From positions 165,234 through 229,233 of the forward strand of contig JBAZSC010000002.1 of the NCBI GenBank assembly GCA_041662665.1: a stretch of DNA of 64,000 nt, given 5' to 3'. The notes beneath the pieces were generated by a model. That model searched no databases, was not told the DNA's origin, and saw nothing but the letters and a program-made list of their open reading frames with translations. Made by a program: the position numbers and the translations under genes. This stretch comes from Patescibacteria group bacterium. Lineage in GTDB: Bacteria; Patescibacteriota; JABMPQ01; JAQVVF01. Below are positions 1-9,634 of this stretch, one piece after another. The number at the start of each line of letters is the position of its first letter. Position 1 is the first letter of the stretch.

Positions 1-372
1 AAAACTTATGAAATTAGATTAGAAAACGACAAAGAAGTTGATAAAAAATTAGTCTCTGAAGAAAAAACTCTAGAGCCTCAAAACAAAATTATAGTTTATG
101 GTACAAAAAAACATCCACAAGGCAAGGTAATTACTGGCGGTCGAGCAACTTACTATTACGGTCCAACTATCGCAGCATGCAATCTTTTTCCCAAAGGAAC
201 CAAACTTCGCGTTACTAATGTAGATAATGGCCAGAGTATTGAAGTTATTGTTGACGATACCGGCGGTTTTGGCTGGCCGACAGTAATTGATCTTCGCCAA
301 GATTATTTTGAAAAAATCGGCGGTACAACAAATGCCGGCATTATTAATGTTACAATAGAAGAAATCCTTTAG
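1..372 (+). CDS. Partial (5'-truncated) cell-wall-binding protein with G5-like and 3D (RlpA/MltA-like double-psi beta-barrel) domains
   Basis: An open frame runs from nt 1 to the TAG at 370-372. The translation GGRATYYYGPTIAACNLFPKGTKLRVTNVDNGQSIEVIVDDTGGFGW... is typical of the 3D domain found in YabE/Rpf/MltA proteins. The listed minus-strand ORF 70..393 is its antisense shadow. Confidence 0.6.
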   Translation, partial: KTYEIRLENDKEVDKKLVSEEKTLEPQNKIIVYGTKKHPQGKVITGGRATYYYGPTIAACNLFPKGTKLRVTNVDNGQSIEVIVDDTGGFGWPTVIDLRQDYFEKIGGTTNAGIINVTIEEIL

Positions 373-567
373 AATGCCTAAATCTATTGCCAAATTGCTA
401 ATCCTATGCTAAAATCAAAGAACTAGAATAATTTTAAATAAAACAAACAGTGTTCAACAATTTAGCAATTGAACAATTAAAAATTTTGGAATACAAAATT
501 TTTAAGCAATTCAACATATTTAACCAATCTAACTAGTCTAACCAGTTTAACTCATTAATCAATACGT

Positions 568-783
568 ATGTCTAATATCTTAAGTATTATCCAAATTGTT
601 ATTTCTGTCTTTTTAATGATCACAATTTTAGTTCAAAATAAAGGCGTCGGATTATCTGCCACCTTTGGCGGTGAAGGCAATGTTTACCGTACCAAAAGAG
701 GTGCAGAAAGAGCCATTTTTATAACTACAATAGTTTTGGCTGTACTATTCTTAGTTACGGCTATGCTAAATCTGTTTTTCTAA
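568..783 (+). CDS. secG: Preprotein translocase subunit SecG
   Basis: The 71-aa product has two TM helices separated by a Gly-rich loop (LVQNKGVGLSATFGGEGNVY...VLAVLFLVTA). This closely matches the known SecG pattern LLQ..K..GLSGA..GG....VLAVLFF. Confidence 0.7.
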   Translation: MSNILSIIQIVISVFLMITILVQNKGVGLSATFGGEGNVYRTKRGAERAIFITTIVLAVLFLVTAMLNLFF

Positions 784-799
784 AACCAAACTAGCTTAA

Positions 800-2524
800 A
801 TGAACAAATTTAAAACGGAGGACAAAAAACAAAAATTTCCTCATTTTTCTCAGCTTAAATTTCTTCCAAAGACTCTAAACAAAAAAGAAAAAATTCAAAG
901 CTTAGTCCTAATTATAATTTTGATTTTTAGTTTAGGATTTTTAGGCTATCAAGAATATACAAAAAGAATTGAAGTAATTGCCAAAGATGGCGGAAGATAT
1001 ACTGAAGGCGTTGTTGGCACGCCAAAATTTGTTAATCCATTATATTCTCAAACTAGTGACGTAGATTCAGATCTTACAAAACTGATTTACAGAGGCTTAA
1101 TGAAATATAATGCCAATCAAGAATTAGTCCCTGATCTGGCTGAATCTTATGAAATTTCCAAAGATAAAAAAATCTATACTTTCAAACTAAAAAATAACGT
1201 CAAATGGCATAACAATGAATCGTTTAATGCTGATGATGTCATTTTTACAGTTCAAGCAATCAAAAACCCAGAGTATCAAAGTCCTTTACAAATCAATTTT
1301 GAAGGCGTCGAAGTCAGCAAGATTGACGATTTTACTGTCCAATTCACTTTGCAGAAAGAAAAATATTCTCCATTTCTTACCGAAAATACACTTTTTGGCA
1401 TCATTCCCAAAAAAGTTTGGGAAAGCATTCCACCAAAAAATGCGCCTTTTTCAGAACAAAATTTAGTTCCTGTAGGATCAGGACCTTTCAAATTCAAAGA
1501 ATATAAAAAAGATAAAACTTCTGGCCAAATTGTTTCTTATACTCTTGAAAAATTTCCTGATTATTATGGCAAAAAACCATATCTTTCAGAAATAATTTTC
1601 AAATTTTATAATGATTATCCTGATTTAGCAAAAGCTTACAACAAAAAACAAATTGACGCCATTAGCTATATTCCAATTGAAGAACAACAAAATATCAAAA
1701 AAGAAATAAATTCTTTCAATCTTAATTTACCTCAATATTACGCTATCTTTTTTAACACTGATCAAAATGATGCATTGAAATATAAACCAGTCCGTCAAGC
1801 TTTAAATTTTGCAATTGATCGCGATAAAATAGTTAGCGAAGCTTTAAACAAACAAGCAATTTTAATTGATTCTCCAATTCTGCCAAATTATCAAGAATAT
1901 AATCCAGATGCCAAAAAATATAATTTTGATTTGGAAAAAGCAAAAAAAACTTTAAAAAAAGGCGGTTGGACAAAACAAGGAGATTATTTAGCTTTTGAAG
2001 ACACGACGCTTGAAATAACTTTAACTATCATCAACCAACCAGAATTTCAAAAAATAGCTGAAATTATCAAATCAAATTGGGAAAGTTTAGGAGTCAAAGT
2101 CAATATTGAAGCCCTAGAGGCAACTGATCTTCAATCAAATTATATTCGACCAAGACAATATCAAGCTTTGCTTTATGGACAATTACTAGGCCATGATCCA
2201 GATCCATATCCATTCTGGCATTCTTCACAAGCTAAAGATCCAGGTTTGAATTTAACATCTTTACAAAGAGATAAAATTGATAAGTTATTAGAAACTGCCC
2301 GCCAACAAATCAATCCTGAAGAACGCAAAAAAACTTATCAAAAATTTCAAGAACTTTTAATCAATGAAGCTCCTGCAATATTTTTATACAGTCCAACTTA
2401 TTTGTATGGACAGAATAAAAAAGTTAAAGGCTTCAACCAAAAATTTACTTTTGTTCCATCAGACCGATTTTCAGATGTGGAAAATTGGTACGTCAAAACA
2501 AAATTAAAGATAAAAAATCCCTAA
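800..2524 (+). CDS. ABC transporter substrate-binding protein, family 5 (peptide/nickel-like), N-terminal membrane anchor
   Basis: The 574-aa product has an N-terminal TM segment, and its length and architecture fit the SBP_bac_5 family (OppA/DppA-like). No permease or ATPase genes are adjacent. Confidence 0.7.
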   Translation: MNKFKTEDKKQKFPHFSQLKFLPKTLNKKEKIQSLVLIIILIFSLGFLGYQEYTKRIEVIAKDGGRYTEGVVGTPKFVNPLYSQTSDVDSDLTKLIYRGLMKYNANQELVPDLAESYEISKDKKIYTFKLKNNVKWHNNESFNADDVIFTVQAIKNPEYQSPLQINFEGVEVSKIDDFTVQFTLQKEKYSPFLTENTLFGIIPKKVWESIPPKNAPFSEQNLVPVGSGPFKFKEYKKDKTSGQIVSYTLEKFPDYYGKKPYLSEIIFKFYNDYPDLAKAYNKKQIDAISYIPIEEQQNIKKEINSFNLNLPQYYAIFFNTDQNDALKYKPVRQALNFAIDRDKIVSEALNKQAILIDSPILPNYQEYNPDAKKYNFDLEKAKKTLKKGGWTKQGDYLAFEDTTLEITLTIINQPEFQKIAEIIKSNWESLGVKVNIEALEATDLQSNYIRPRQYQALLYGQLLGHDPDPYPFWHSSQAKDPGLNLTSLQRDKIDKLLETARQQINPEERKKTYQKFQELLINEAPAIFLYSPTYLYGQNKKVKGFNQKFTFVPSDRFSDVENWYVKTKLKIKNP

Positions 2525-2546
2525 TTAACTGATTGATTAGTTTAAT

Positions 2547-2629
2547 GCCGGAGTGGCGAAATGGCAGACGCGTAGCGTTCAGGACGCTATGTTCTTTTGG
2601 ACATGTGGGTTCGACTCCCACCTTCGGCA
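2547..2629 (+). tRNA. tRNA-Leu (anticodon CAG), type II with long variable arm
   Basis: A cloverleaf can be folded by eye. The acceptor stem is GCCGGAG/CTTCGGC, the D-arm is TGGCGAAATGGCAG, the anticodon stem-loop is TAGCG-TTCAGGA-CGCTA (anticodon CAG), the variable arm is long, and the T-arm GTGGGTTCGACTCCCAC is followed by discriminator A. Confidence 0.8.
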
Positions 2630-2645
2630 GTAACTTACAACTTCT

Positions 2646-3245
2646 ATGATAAAAACTATTATCTTTGATATTGATGGAATGATTATTAAGAGAGAAATGT
2701 ATTTTAGCCAATATTACTCACAAAAATTCAAAGTTCCTATAGAAAAAATGCTTCCATTTTATAATAATAAATTTCAACTTTGTTTAATTGGAAAAGCAGA
2801 TCTAAAAAAAGAAATTGCCAAATATCTAAATCAATGGAAATGGAAAAAATCAGTCGATGATTTTCTCTTACTTTGGTTCAAATACGAAAGCAATCTAGAT
2901 AATAAAGTTTTGGAAAGCATAAAAAAATTGAGAAAGAAAAAGATCAATTGTTATATTGGTACTGACAACGAAAAATATCGTGTCAACTATCTACTTAACA
3001 ATCTGAAATTAGCAAAATATTTTGATGGAATTTTTGCTTCATCCAAAATTGGTTACCAAAAATCACAACAAGAATTTTGGTCACAAGTCTACAAAAGTCT
3101 TAAGCAACCTAACAAATCAGAAATCCTATTTTGGGACGATGATCCAAAAAACGTAAAGTCAGCACAAGATTTTGGCTTCAACGCTAAAGTCTATACTAAC
3201 TTTTCAGATTACGAAAACAAAATAAAATTATTAATTAACATTTAA
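2646..3245 (+). CDS. HAD-superfamily hydrolase
   Basis: The N-terminal motif IIFDIDGMI is HAD motif I (DxDG), and a C-terminal motif WDDDPKNV is also present. Confidence 0.7.
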   Translation: MIKTIIFDIDGMIIKREMYFSQYYSQKFKVPIEKMLPFYNNKFQLCLIGKADLKKEIAKYLNQWKWKKSVDDFLLLWFKYESNLDNKVLESIKKLRKKKINCYIGTDNEKYRVNYLLNNLKLAKYFDGIFASSKIGYQKSQQEFWSQVYKSLKQPNKSEILFWDDDPKNVKSAQDFGFNAKVYTNFSDYENKIKLLINI

Positions 3246-3329
3246 CAACAAAAAACAAAAACATTTTAAAAGTAAATTTTTATTTACTAATTAACAAATA
3301 AAACTAATAAACTAATTAAACTAAATATT

Positions 3330-5021
3330 ATGAACAATAAATTTATTCCAAAATTAAAAATTATTCCGCTAGGCGGATTAGAAGAAATAGGTCGAAATAT
3401 GACCTTAATTGAATATGCAAGAGACATCATCATCATTGATATGGGCTTGCAATTCCCAGAAGAAAACATGCCTGGAATTGATTATATCATTCCAAACATC
3501 GCCTATTTGAAAGGCAAAGAAAATTATATTAGAGGCGTTATTATTACTCATGGTCATTTTGACCATATCGGCGCTATCCCTCACATCATGGATCGCATTG
3601 GCAACCCAACTATTTTTACTGCCAAATTAACAAGGGCAATGATTGAGAAACGCCAGGAAGAATTTGATAAAAAAGAAAAATTATCAATTTATACAATTTC
3701 AGAACAAGACCAAATTCAGCTTGGCCAATTTAAAGTTGAATTTTTTAAAGTCAATCACAACATTCCAGATGGCTATGGAGTAATCGTCCACTCGCCTGTC
3801 GGTACGATCATTCATACTGGCGATTTTAAATTTGATCCAACACCAGTTGGAGACATGCCAGCAAATAAAGAAAAATTAGCCAAAATTGGAAAACAAGGAG
3901 TTCTCGCATTAATGTCAGATAGCACTGGTGCTGAAAATTCAGGTCATTCCATTTCTGAAAAAACGATTATGGAAACATTAAACAAAATTATTTCTGAAGC
4001 AAAAGGCAGAATCATTTTAGCTACTTTTTCATCACTTATTACTCGTATTCAACAAGTTATTTTCATTGCTGAAAAATTAGGCAAAAAAGTTGCAATCGAA
4101 GGTTTTTCTATGAAAACAAATGTTGAAATCTGCAAAAAGCTAGGCTATTTAAAAACTGGCAAGAAAATTCTCGTCAGTACAAAACAAGCTTTGAAATTAC
4201 CAAAAGATAAAATAATTATTTTATGCACTGGTGCTCAAGGTGAAGAAGCAGCTGTTCTAATGCGTATTGCCAATCAAGATCACAAAGAAATAGAAATCGA
4301 AAAAGGAGATTCTGTTATTTTTTCATCATCAGTAATTCCAGGAAATGAAAGAAGTGTTCAAAGATTAAAAGATAATTTGACTAGATTAGGTGCTGATATT
4401 TTTCATTACAAAATGATGGATGTCCATTCCAGCGGTCATGGTTTTATTGATGATCTAACAGAAATGATTACCTTAACCAAACCAAAATATTTTATTCCAG
4501 TTCATGGAAATCATTTCTTATTAAAATTACATGGCGATATTGCAAGAAACACAAATATCGTCAAAGATCCAAATATCTTTGTTTGCGACAATGGCCAAAT
4601 CATGGAATATCAAAAACAAGGCGAAACAGTTGTCGGCGAATTAACAAAACGAAAAGTTCCAGCAGGACATGTTATGGTTGATGGACTTGGCGTCGGCGAT
4701 GTTTCAAATGTTGTTTTAAGAGATCGTCAAGCTATGGCAGAAGATGGCATGTTCGTGATAATCTTAACTATGGATGGAAATACTGGAAAATTAGTCAGCG
4801 ATCCAGATATCATCTCTCGTGGCTTTGTCTTTATGAAAGAATCAAAAAGATTAATTGGCCAGACCAAAGAAAGAATCAAAAAAATCTTAATTGATCATGA
4901 TCCAAAGACTTCATCAAATGATACTTATATCAGAAATAAAGTCCGCGATCAAATTGGTCAATTCTTATTTACCAGAACTCAAAGAAGACCAATGATTCTT
5001 CCAGTCATCATCGAAGTTTAA
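3330..5021 (+). CDS. rnj: Ribonuclease J (metallo-beta-lactamase/beta-CASP RNase)
   Basis: The product has the HxHxDH-type motif ITHGHFDHIGAIP, the N-terminal motif IIPLGGLEEIGRNM, and a 563-aa length typical of RNase J. Confidence 0.85.
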   Translation: MNNKFIPKLKIIPLGGLEEIGRNMTLIEYARDIIIIDMGLQFPEENMPGIDYIIPNIAYLKGKENYIRGVIITHGHFDHIGAIPHIMDRIGNPTIFTAKLTRAMIEKRQEEFDKKEKLSIYTISEQDQIQLGQFKVEFFKVNHNIPDGYGVIVHSPVGTIIHTGDFKFDPTPVGDMPANKEKLAKIGKQGVLALMSDSTGAENSGHSISEKTIMETLNKIISEAKGRIILATFSSLITRIQQVIFIAEKLGKKVAIEGFSMKTNVEICKKLGYLKTGKKILVSTKQALKLPKDKIIILCTGAQGEEAAVLMRIANQDHKEIEIEKGDSVIFSSSVIPGNERSVQRLKDNLTRLGADIFHYKMMDVHSSGHGFIDDLTEMITLTKPKYFIPVHGNHFLLKLHGDIARNTNIVKDPNIFVCDNGQIMEYQKQGETVVGELTKRKVPAGHVMVDGLGVGDVSNVVLRDRQAMAEDGMFVIILTMDGNTGKLVSDPDIISRGFVFMKESKRLIGQTKERIKKILIDHDPKTSSNDTYIRNKVRDQIGQFLFTRTQRRPMILPVIIEV

Positions 5022-5022
5022 A

Positions 5023-5067
5023 CCACAGATTTGCACAGATACTGAACAGATTTAACACAGATACTAA
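5023..5067. repeat. CACAGAT tandem array (reverse orientation of the ATCTGTG family)
   Basis: The sequence is ccacagatttgcacagatactgaacagatttaacacagatact. Confidence 0.7.
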
Positions 5068-5091
5068 AACAAATTAAACAAAAATAAAATT

Positions 5092-5520
5092 ATGTTTTTA
5101 CACAAAGAGTTAAGTTGGAAAATTATTGGTATTTGTATGAAAATTCAAAATGAATATGGTTCAAATCATAATGAAAGAATTTATCATTCATTACTAATAG
5201 AGCAATTTACTCTTCAAAAAATCAATTTTTTATCCAAACCCAAAATTCCAGTTTTATCTAAACAAACAGGCAAAAAAATTGGCCTATATGAACCTGATTT
5301 TCTCATCGAAAAATTAATAATCTTAGAAATCAAAGCCAAACCTTTTAATTTTAAAAAAGATGAAACTCAATTACAAGAATATCTGAATACAACGCCTTAT
5401 GAAATTGGTTATTTAGTAAATTTTGGTTTTCAAAATAAATTATATTTCAAAAGAATTATCTGTACCAATAATCTCAAAAATTTCCTAAGCCTTCCTAAAA
5501 AATTATATGCGTCTCAATAA
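5092..5520 (+). CDS. GxxExxY family protein (PD-(D/E)XK-like)
   Basis: The N-terminus GICMKIQNEYGSNHNERIYHSLL matches the GxxExxY signature. The gene is flanked by inverted arrays of the ATCTGTG repeat (5023-5067 and 5533-5582). Confidence 0.6.
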   Translation: MFLHKELSWKIIGICMKIQNEYGSNHNERIYHSLLIEQFTLQKINFLSKPKIPVLSKQTGKKIGLYEPDFLIEKLIILEIKAKPFNFKKDETQLQEYLNTTPYEIGYLVNFGFQNKLYFKRIICTNNLKNFLSLPKKLYASQ

Positions 5521-5532
5521 ATCAGTAGTAAA

Positions 5533-5582
5533 GTATCTGTGTCTCTGTGAACATCTGTCTCGTATCTGTGTAAGATCTGTGG
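5533..5582. repeat. ATCTGTG tandem array (period about 10-11 bp)
   Basis: The sequence is gtatctgtgtctctgtgaacatctgtctcgtatctgtgtaagatctgtgg. Confidence 0.7.
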
Positions 5583-5607
5583 TAAACTAATATCTAACAA
5601 TAAAAAT

Positions 5608-6597
5608 ATGTCTAAAGTTATTTTCTCAGGTATTCAACCAAGTGGAGAATTACACATTGGCAATTATTTCGGTGCAATTAAAAACTGGTTAGAATTACAA
5701 AAACAAGAAAGTCTTTGCTATTTCTGCGTTGTTGATTTACATGCCATTACTATCGATTATGATCCAAAACAATTTCAAGACAAAATTCTAGACACTATAG
5801 CAACTTATCTTGCGTGCGGAATTGATCCAGAAAAATCAATTATTTTTGTTCAATCAAAAGTCAAAGAACATGCTGAATTAGCCTGGCTTTTAAACACTAT
5901 TACTCCTATTTCCGAGCTTGAAAGAATGACTCAATACAAAGATAAGCGCGCCCAACATATCAAAAACGTTAATATTGGCCTTCTAGATTATCCAGTTTTA
6001 CAAGCCGCCGATATATTGCTTTATAATACAAACATCGTTCCAGTGGGCCAGGATCAAAAACAGCATATTGAATTAGCAAGAACTATTGCCAATAAATTCA
6101 ATACTAAATTTGGAAAGACTCTTACAATTCCAGAACATTTCATTCCAGAAGTTGGCGCTAAAATTATGTCGCTTCTTGAGCCAACCAAAAAAATGTCCAA
6201 ATCCCATAATCCAAAATCATATATTTCTTTATCTGATTCCAAAGAACATATTGAGAAAAAAATAATGTCAGCAGTTACTGATTCTGATAATAAAATATTT
6301 TTTGATCCAGAAAAAAAGCCAGCTATTTCAAATCTATTATCAATCTATCATTTAGCAACTGGCTGGACTTTGCAACAAATTCAAGATAAATATAAAGATT
6401 CAACTAGCTATGCCCAATTTAAAAAAGATTTGGCAGAAAATATAATAAAATTATTGCAACCGATTCAAGATAAAAAACAAGAATTATTAAAAGACGAAAC
6501 TAAGCTTTTAGAAATCTTAGATAATAGCACCAAAAAAGCTCAAACCGAAGCTACAAAAACAATGCTTATTGTTAAGAAAAAAATGGGTTTAATTTAA
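5608..6597 (+). CDS. trpS: Tryptophanyl-tRNA synthetase
   Basis: The class I HIGH motif (GELHIGNYFGA) and the KMSKS motif are present. The length is 329 aa. Confidence 0.9.
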   Translation: MSKVIFSGIQPSGELHIGNYFGAIKNWLELQKQESLCYFCVVDLHAITIDYDPKQFQDKILDTIATYLACGIDPEKSIIFVQSKVKEHAELAWLLNTITPISELERMTQYKDKRAQHIKNVNIGLLDYPVLQAADILLYNTNIVPVGQDQKQHIELARTIANKFNTKFGKTLTIPEHFIPEVGAKIMSLLEPTKKMSKSHNPKSYISLSDSKEHIEKKIMSAVTDSDNKIFFDPEKKPAISNLLSIYHLATGWTLQQIQDKYKDSTSYAQFKKDLAENIIKLLQPIQDKKQELLKDETKLLEILDNSTKKAQTEATKTMLIVKKKMGLI

Positions 6598-6632
6598 ACT
6601 ATTTTAAAGTTTAATAATTAAAATAAAAAAAT

Positions 6633-6770
6633 ATGCCAACATGCAAAGATTGCAAAAATTTCGCTCCAAATCCAACTGATCCAAACAAAGGTGAATGCTA
6701 TGGACACGAAGTTGATGCAAACATGGACTCAGAAAAATGCCCAGCAAAAAGCTTTCAAGCAAAAGAATAA
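6633..6770 (+). CDS. Small Cys-rich protein (45 aa, CxxC...C...C, zinc-ribbon-like), absent from the ORF track because it is under 60 aa
   Basis: The ATG at 6633 opens a frame encoding MPTCKDCKNFAPNPTDPNKGECYGHEVDANMDSEKCPAKSFQAKE. An intrinsic terminator follows directly. Confidence 0.4.
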   Translation: MPTCKDCKNFAPNPTDPNKGECYGHEVDANMDSEKCPAKSFQAKE

Positions 6771-6785
6771 TTGATTTTAAAGAAA

Positions 6786-6818
6786 CAAAAACGAGACCAT
6801 TTCAGCCTCGTTTTTTTA
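6786..6818 (+). terminator. Rho-independent terminator downstream of trpS/small ORF
   Basis: A hairpin AAAAACGAG-N11-CTCGTTTTT is followed by a T-run. Confidence 0.5.
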
Positions 6819-6821
6819 TTT

Positions 6822-6870
6822 ATCTGTGTCTCTGTGCTTTATCTGTAAAGTATCTGTATAAAATCTGTGG
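6822..6870. repeat. ATCTGTG tandem array
   Basis: The sequence is atctgtgtctctgtgctttatctgtaaagtatctgtataaaatctgtgg. Confidence 0.7.
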
Positions 6871-6871
6871 C

Positions 6872-8725
6872 CTAGCCTAATATTTCAAATCTCTCTCCAC
6901 CAATAGAAATTTTTTCTGCTCTCAAAACAAAATCTTCCAAAATTTCATGCACTAACTTATCACATTTCTCTTTTATCTCTTGATATTCTTCATCAGATTT
7001 ATTAATGCCAACTTCCATTCCACAAGCTGCATAAAATTTTATTTTGGGTTCAGTTCCAGATGGTCTAACAACTACTCTGATTGTCTTTTCTTTATTTAAA
7101 TAAAATATTAATGCATTATCTGGAAAACCAATATATTTTCCAACAACTTTATTAGTTTTTGGATCAATAAATTTTTTTTCTAATTGATCTAAAACAGTAA
7201 ACACTTCTAATCCAGAAACTTTAGTTGGCAATTTCGCTCTAAATTTATCCATTATTTTTTTCATTTTATCCATTCCATCCATACCCTTGTAAAAAACAGC
7301 TTGCAACAATTCGCGATAATAACCATATTTTTTCTTTATAATTTCTAATTGTTGATACAAAGTCTTCCCTTCTTTTTTTAACAAACCAGCATATTCACAA
7401 ATTAATAATGCTGCAATTGCACCATCTTTATCTCTCGCATAATCTCCATACAAATATCCATGGCTTTCTTCAGCCCCAAATAAAAATTTATTGCCTTTTA
7501 ATCTTGTATCAATTGCATTGCCAATATATTTAAAACCAACTGGCAAATCTGTTATAACTTTACAACCATTATCTTCGGCAATTTTTGTCAGCAAGTCAGT
7601 AGTTACAACAGTTTTAATCATCATTGTTTTTTTCAAATCTGTTTTTTTACTCAACATTCTTGTTATATAATCCAAAAGCAAAACTCCAATTTGATTGCCA
7701 TTCAAAAATATATATTTTTCTTTTTTTATTGTTTCTGGACTAACAACGCCAATTCTATCAGCATCAGGATCAGCAGCAACCAACACATCAACCTTATTTT
7801 TTTTAGCCTGTTTTGTCCCAAGATCTAAAGAAATTGGAACTTCAGGATTTGGAATTTGTTTTGCAACACTTTTAAAATCTGGATCAAAAGGCATTTGGCT
7901 TTTTACAGTTTCAACTTTTTTGAAACCAACATTTTTCAAAACTGGCAAAAAAGAAGTACTCGCACAACCATTCAAAGGCGTAAATAAAATATGAACGTCT
8001 CGATAATTACCTAATGACAATTTACTTACAGTATCAACAAAAGCTTGATCAATATCTTTACCTAAAATTTTAATCTTTCCAGATTCTTTTGCTTTATTAA
8101 AATCAATTGTTTTTATTTTTTTAACAGCCATGACTTTATTAATAATATTTTTGTCATGAGGAGGAACAATTTGACCGCCATTATCAAAATATACTTTAAT
8201 TCCATTATCAGAAGGAGGATTATGGCTTGCACTAATCATTGCTCCACCGACTGCTTTCATTTTCCTAATTGTAAAAGATATCTGCGGAGTTGATCTAACA
8301 CCCTCATAAAAATATACTTTAAAATTATTTCCAGCAAAAACTGAAGCTGCTGTCTTTGCAAACAATTCAGAATTATGACGAACATCATAAGTCACTACAA
8401 TTCCTTTTTTTAACGCTTTATTCCCAAAAAATTTAATTAGATAATCAGCAAAACCTTGTGCAGATTCAGAAATTGTTCGAACATTAATTCTATTTGATCC
8501 AACTCCCATCATTCCCCTTCTTCCTCCAGTTCCAAAAGGAATAACCTGAAAAAAAGCGTTATTCAAATCATCAACTTTTTCATTATTAATCATCTCAATA
8601 ATTTCATCCCAAAATTTTTCACATTCATCACTATTCAACCAAATTTTTATATTTTTAACAGCCGAATCCACCAAACCTTTTTTCTTTAAACTAAGGAGTT
8701 TAGCATTTATTTCATTTATTTTCAT
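6872..8725 (-). CDS. Phosphoglucomutase/phosphomannomutase (alpha-D-phosphohexomutase family)
   Basis: The active-site serine loop ISASHNPPSDNGIKV is present, and the 617-aa length is compatible with PgcA-type enzymes. Confidence 0.85.
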   Translation of the reverse strand: MKINEINAKLLSLKKKGLVDSAVKNIKIWLNSDECEKFWDEIIEMINNEKVDDLNNAFFQVIPFGTGGRRGMMGVGSNRINVRTISESAQGFADYLIKFFGNKALKKGIVVTYDVRHNSELFAKTAASVFAGNNFKVYFYEGVRSTPQISFTIRKMKAVGGAMISASHNPPSDNGIKVYFDNGGQIVPPHDKNIINKVMAVKKIKTIDFNKAKESGKIKILGKDIDQAFVDTVSKLSLGNYRDVHILFTPLNGCASTSFLPVLKNVGFKKVETVKSQMPFDPDFKSVAKQIPNPEVPISLDLGTKQAKKNKVDVLVAADPDADRIGVVSPETIKKEKYIFLNGNQIGVLLLDYITRMLSKKTDLKKTMMIKTVVTTDLLTKIAEDNGCKVITDLPVGFKYIGNAIDTRLKGNKFLFGAEESHGYLYGDYARDKDGAIAALLICEYAGLLKKEGKTLYQQLEIIKKKYGYYRELLQAVFYKGMDGMDKMKKIMDKFRAKLPTKVSGLEVFTVLDQLEKKFIDPKTNKVVGKYIGFPDNALIFYLNKEKTIRVVVRPSGTEPKIKFYAACGMEVGINKSDEEYQEIKEKCDKLVHEILEDFVLRAEKISIGGERFEILG

Positions 8726-8784
8726 ATTTATTTTTATTACTTTTTATAATAAAAAATGCCGAAGTTTCCTTCGACATTATATTG

Positions 8785-9000
8785 TTATCTTACAAAAGTA
8801 AGCAATCCCAATACCCTTGCTCTTTTAATTGCCTTAGCAACCATTCTTTGGTGTCTTGCGCAATTTCCAGTTCTTCTTGTTGAAGCAATCTTAGAATAAG
8901 GAGTCAAAAATCTTTTTAAAAAATTAATGTCTCGATAATTGATTGTTTCAATTTTTTCCGCGCATAGCATACACGGTTTTCTAAAAATAGTCTCCGCCAT
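8785..9000 (-). CDS. rpsR: 30S ribosomal protein S18
   Basis: The motifs RKPCMLCAEK..INYRDINFLKRFLT..KI..RRTGNCARHQR..AKAIKRAR fit S18. It is the last gene of the rpsF-ssb-rpsR operon. Confidence 0.85.
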   Translation of the reverse strand: MAETIFRKPCMLCAEKIETINYRDINFLKRFLTPYSKIASTRRTGNCARHQRMVAKAIKRARVLGLLTFVR

Positions 9001-9022
9001 AAAATATTATGAATTAAATAAT

Positions 9023-9634
9023 TTAAAATGGAATATCTTCAACTTTAATTTCTTCATCTTTATTAACTTCTGTTGCAACTGGACTTGGCATTGCTTGTGG
9101 CATTACATTTTCAGAAGGCTGTGCTTGCGCAACAGAATTAGCTGGCTCTTCTAATGATATTGATGGTAGATTTTCAGATACAGGTTTTGAAACTGCTCCA
9201 AAGCTTTCTGATTGATTAACTGGTCTTGCAAAAGACTGAGTTTGTGCTTGAGTTTGAACAGGATTTTGATTTGCAAAATTTCCTGAATTAACTGGCTGAC
9301 TTGCACCTCTTGAATCTAGCATAATCATATTTTCTGCAACTATTTCTGTTCTATATCTTTTAACACCATCTTGTCCTACCCAATCGCGAGTTTGAATTCT
9401 GCCTTCAAGATAAACCTTTTTGCCTTTTGATAAATATTGGCTACAAATATCAGCTAATTTTCTCCAAGTAACAATATTGTGATATTCAACTTTTTCTTGT
9501 CTTTGACCTGATGCATCTTTCCACATCAAATTAGTTGCTACACTGAAACTGCAAACATTAGATCCCGAAGGAATAGTTCTTGTTTCTGGATCACGAGTCA
9601 ATCTTCCGATAATCATTGCTTTGTTCAAATCCAT
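9023..9634 (-). CDS. ssb: Single-stranded DNA-binding protein
   Basis: The N-terminus MIIGRLTRDPETR is an OB-fold SSB signature, and the C-terminal acidic tail ends in DIPF. Confidence 0.9.
   Translation of the reverse strand: MDLNKAMIIGRLTRDPETRTIPSGSNVCSFSVATNLMWKDASGQRQEKVEYHNIVTWRKLADICSQYLSKGKKVYLEGRIQTRDWVGQDGVKRYRTEIVAENMIMLDSRGASQPVNSGNFANQNPVQTQAQTQSFARPVNQSESFGAVSKPVSENLPSISLEEPANSVAQAQPSENVMPQAMPSPVATEVNKDEEIKVEDIPF

Noticed and set aside
70-393. Minus-strand ORF of 107 aa
   Set aside because: The plus strand carries a convincing 3D-domain coding frame running to the TAG at 370-372. The minus ORF is its antisense shadow.
2493-2711. Minus-strand ORF of 72 aa
   Set aside because: It overlaps the tRNA-Leu gene and the intergenic region, and has no coding signal.
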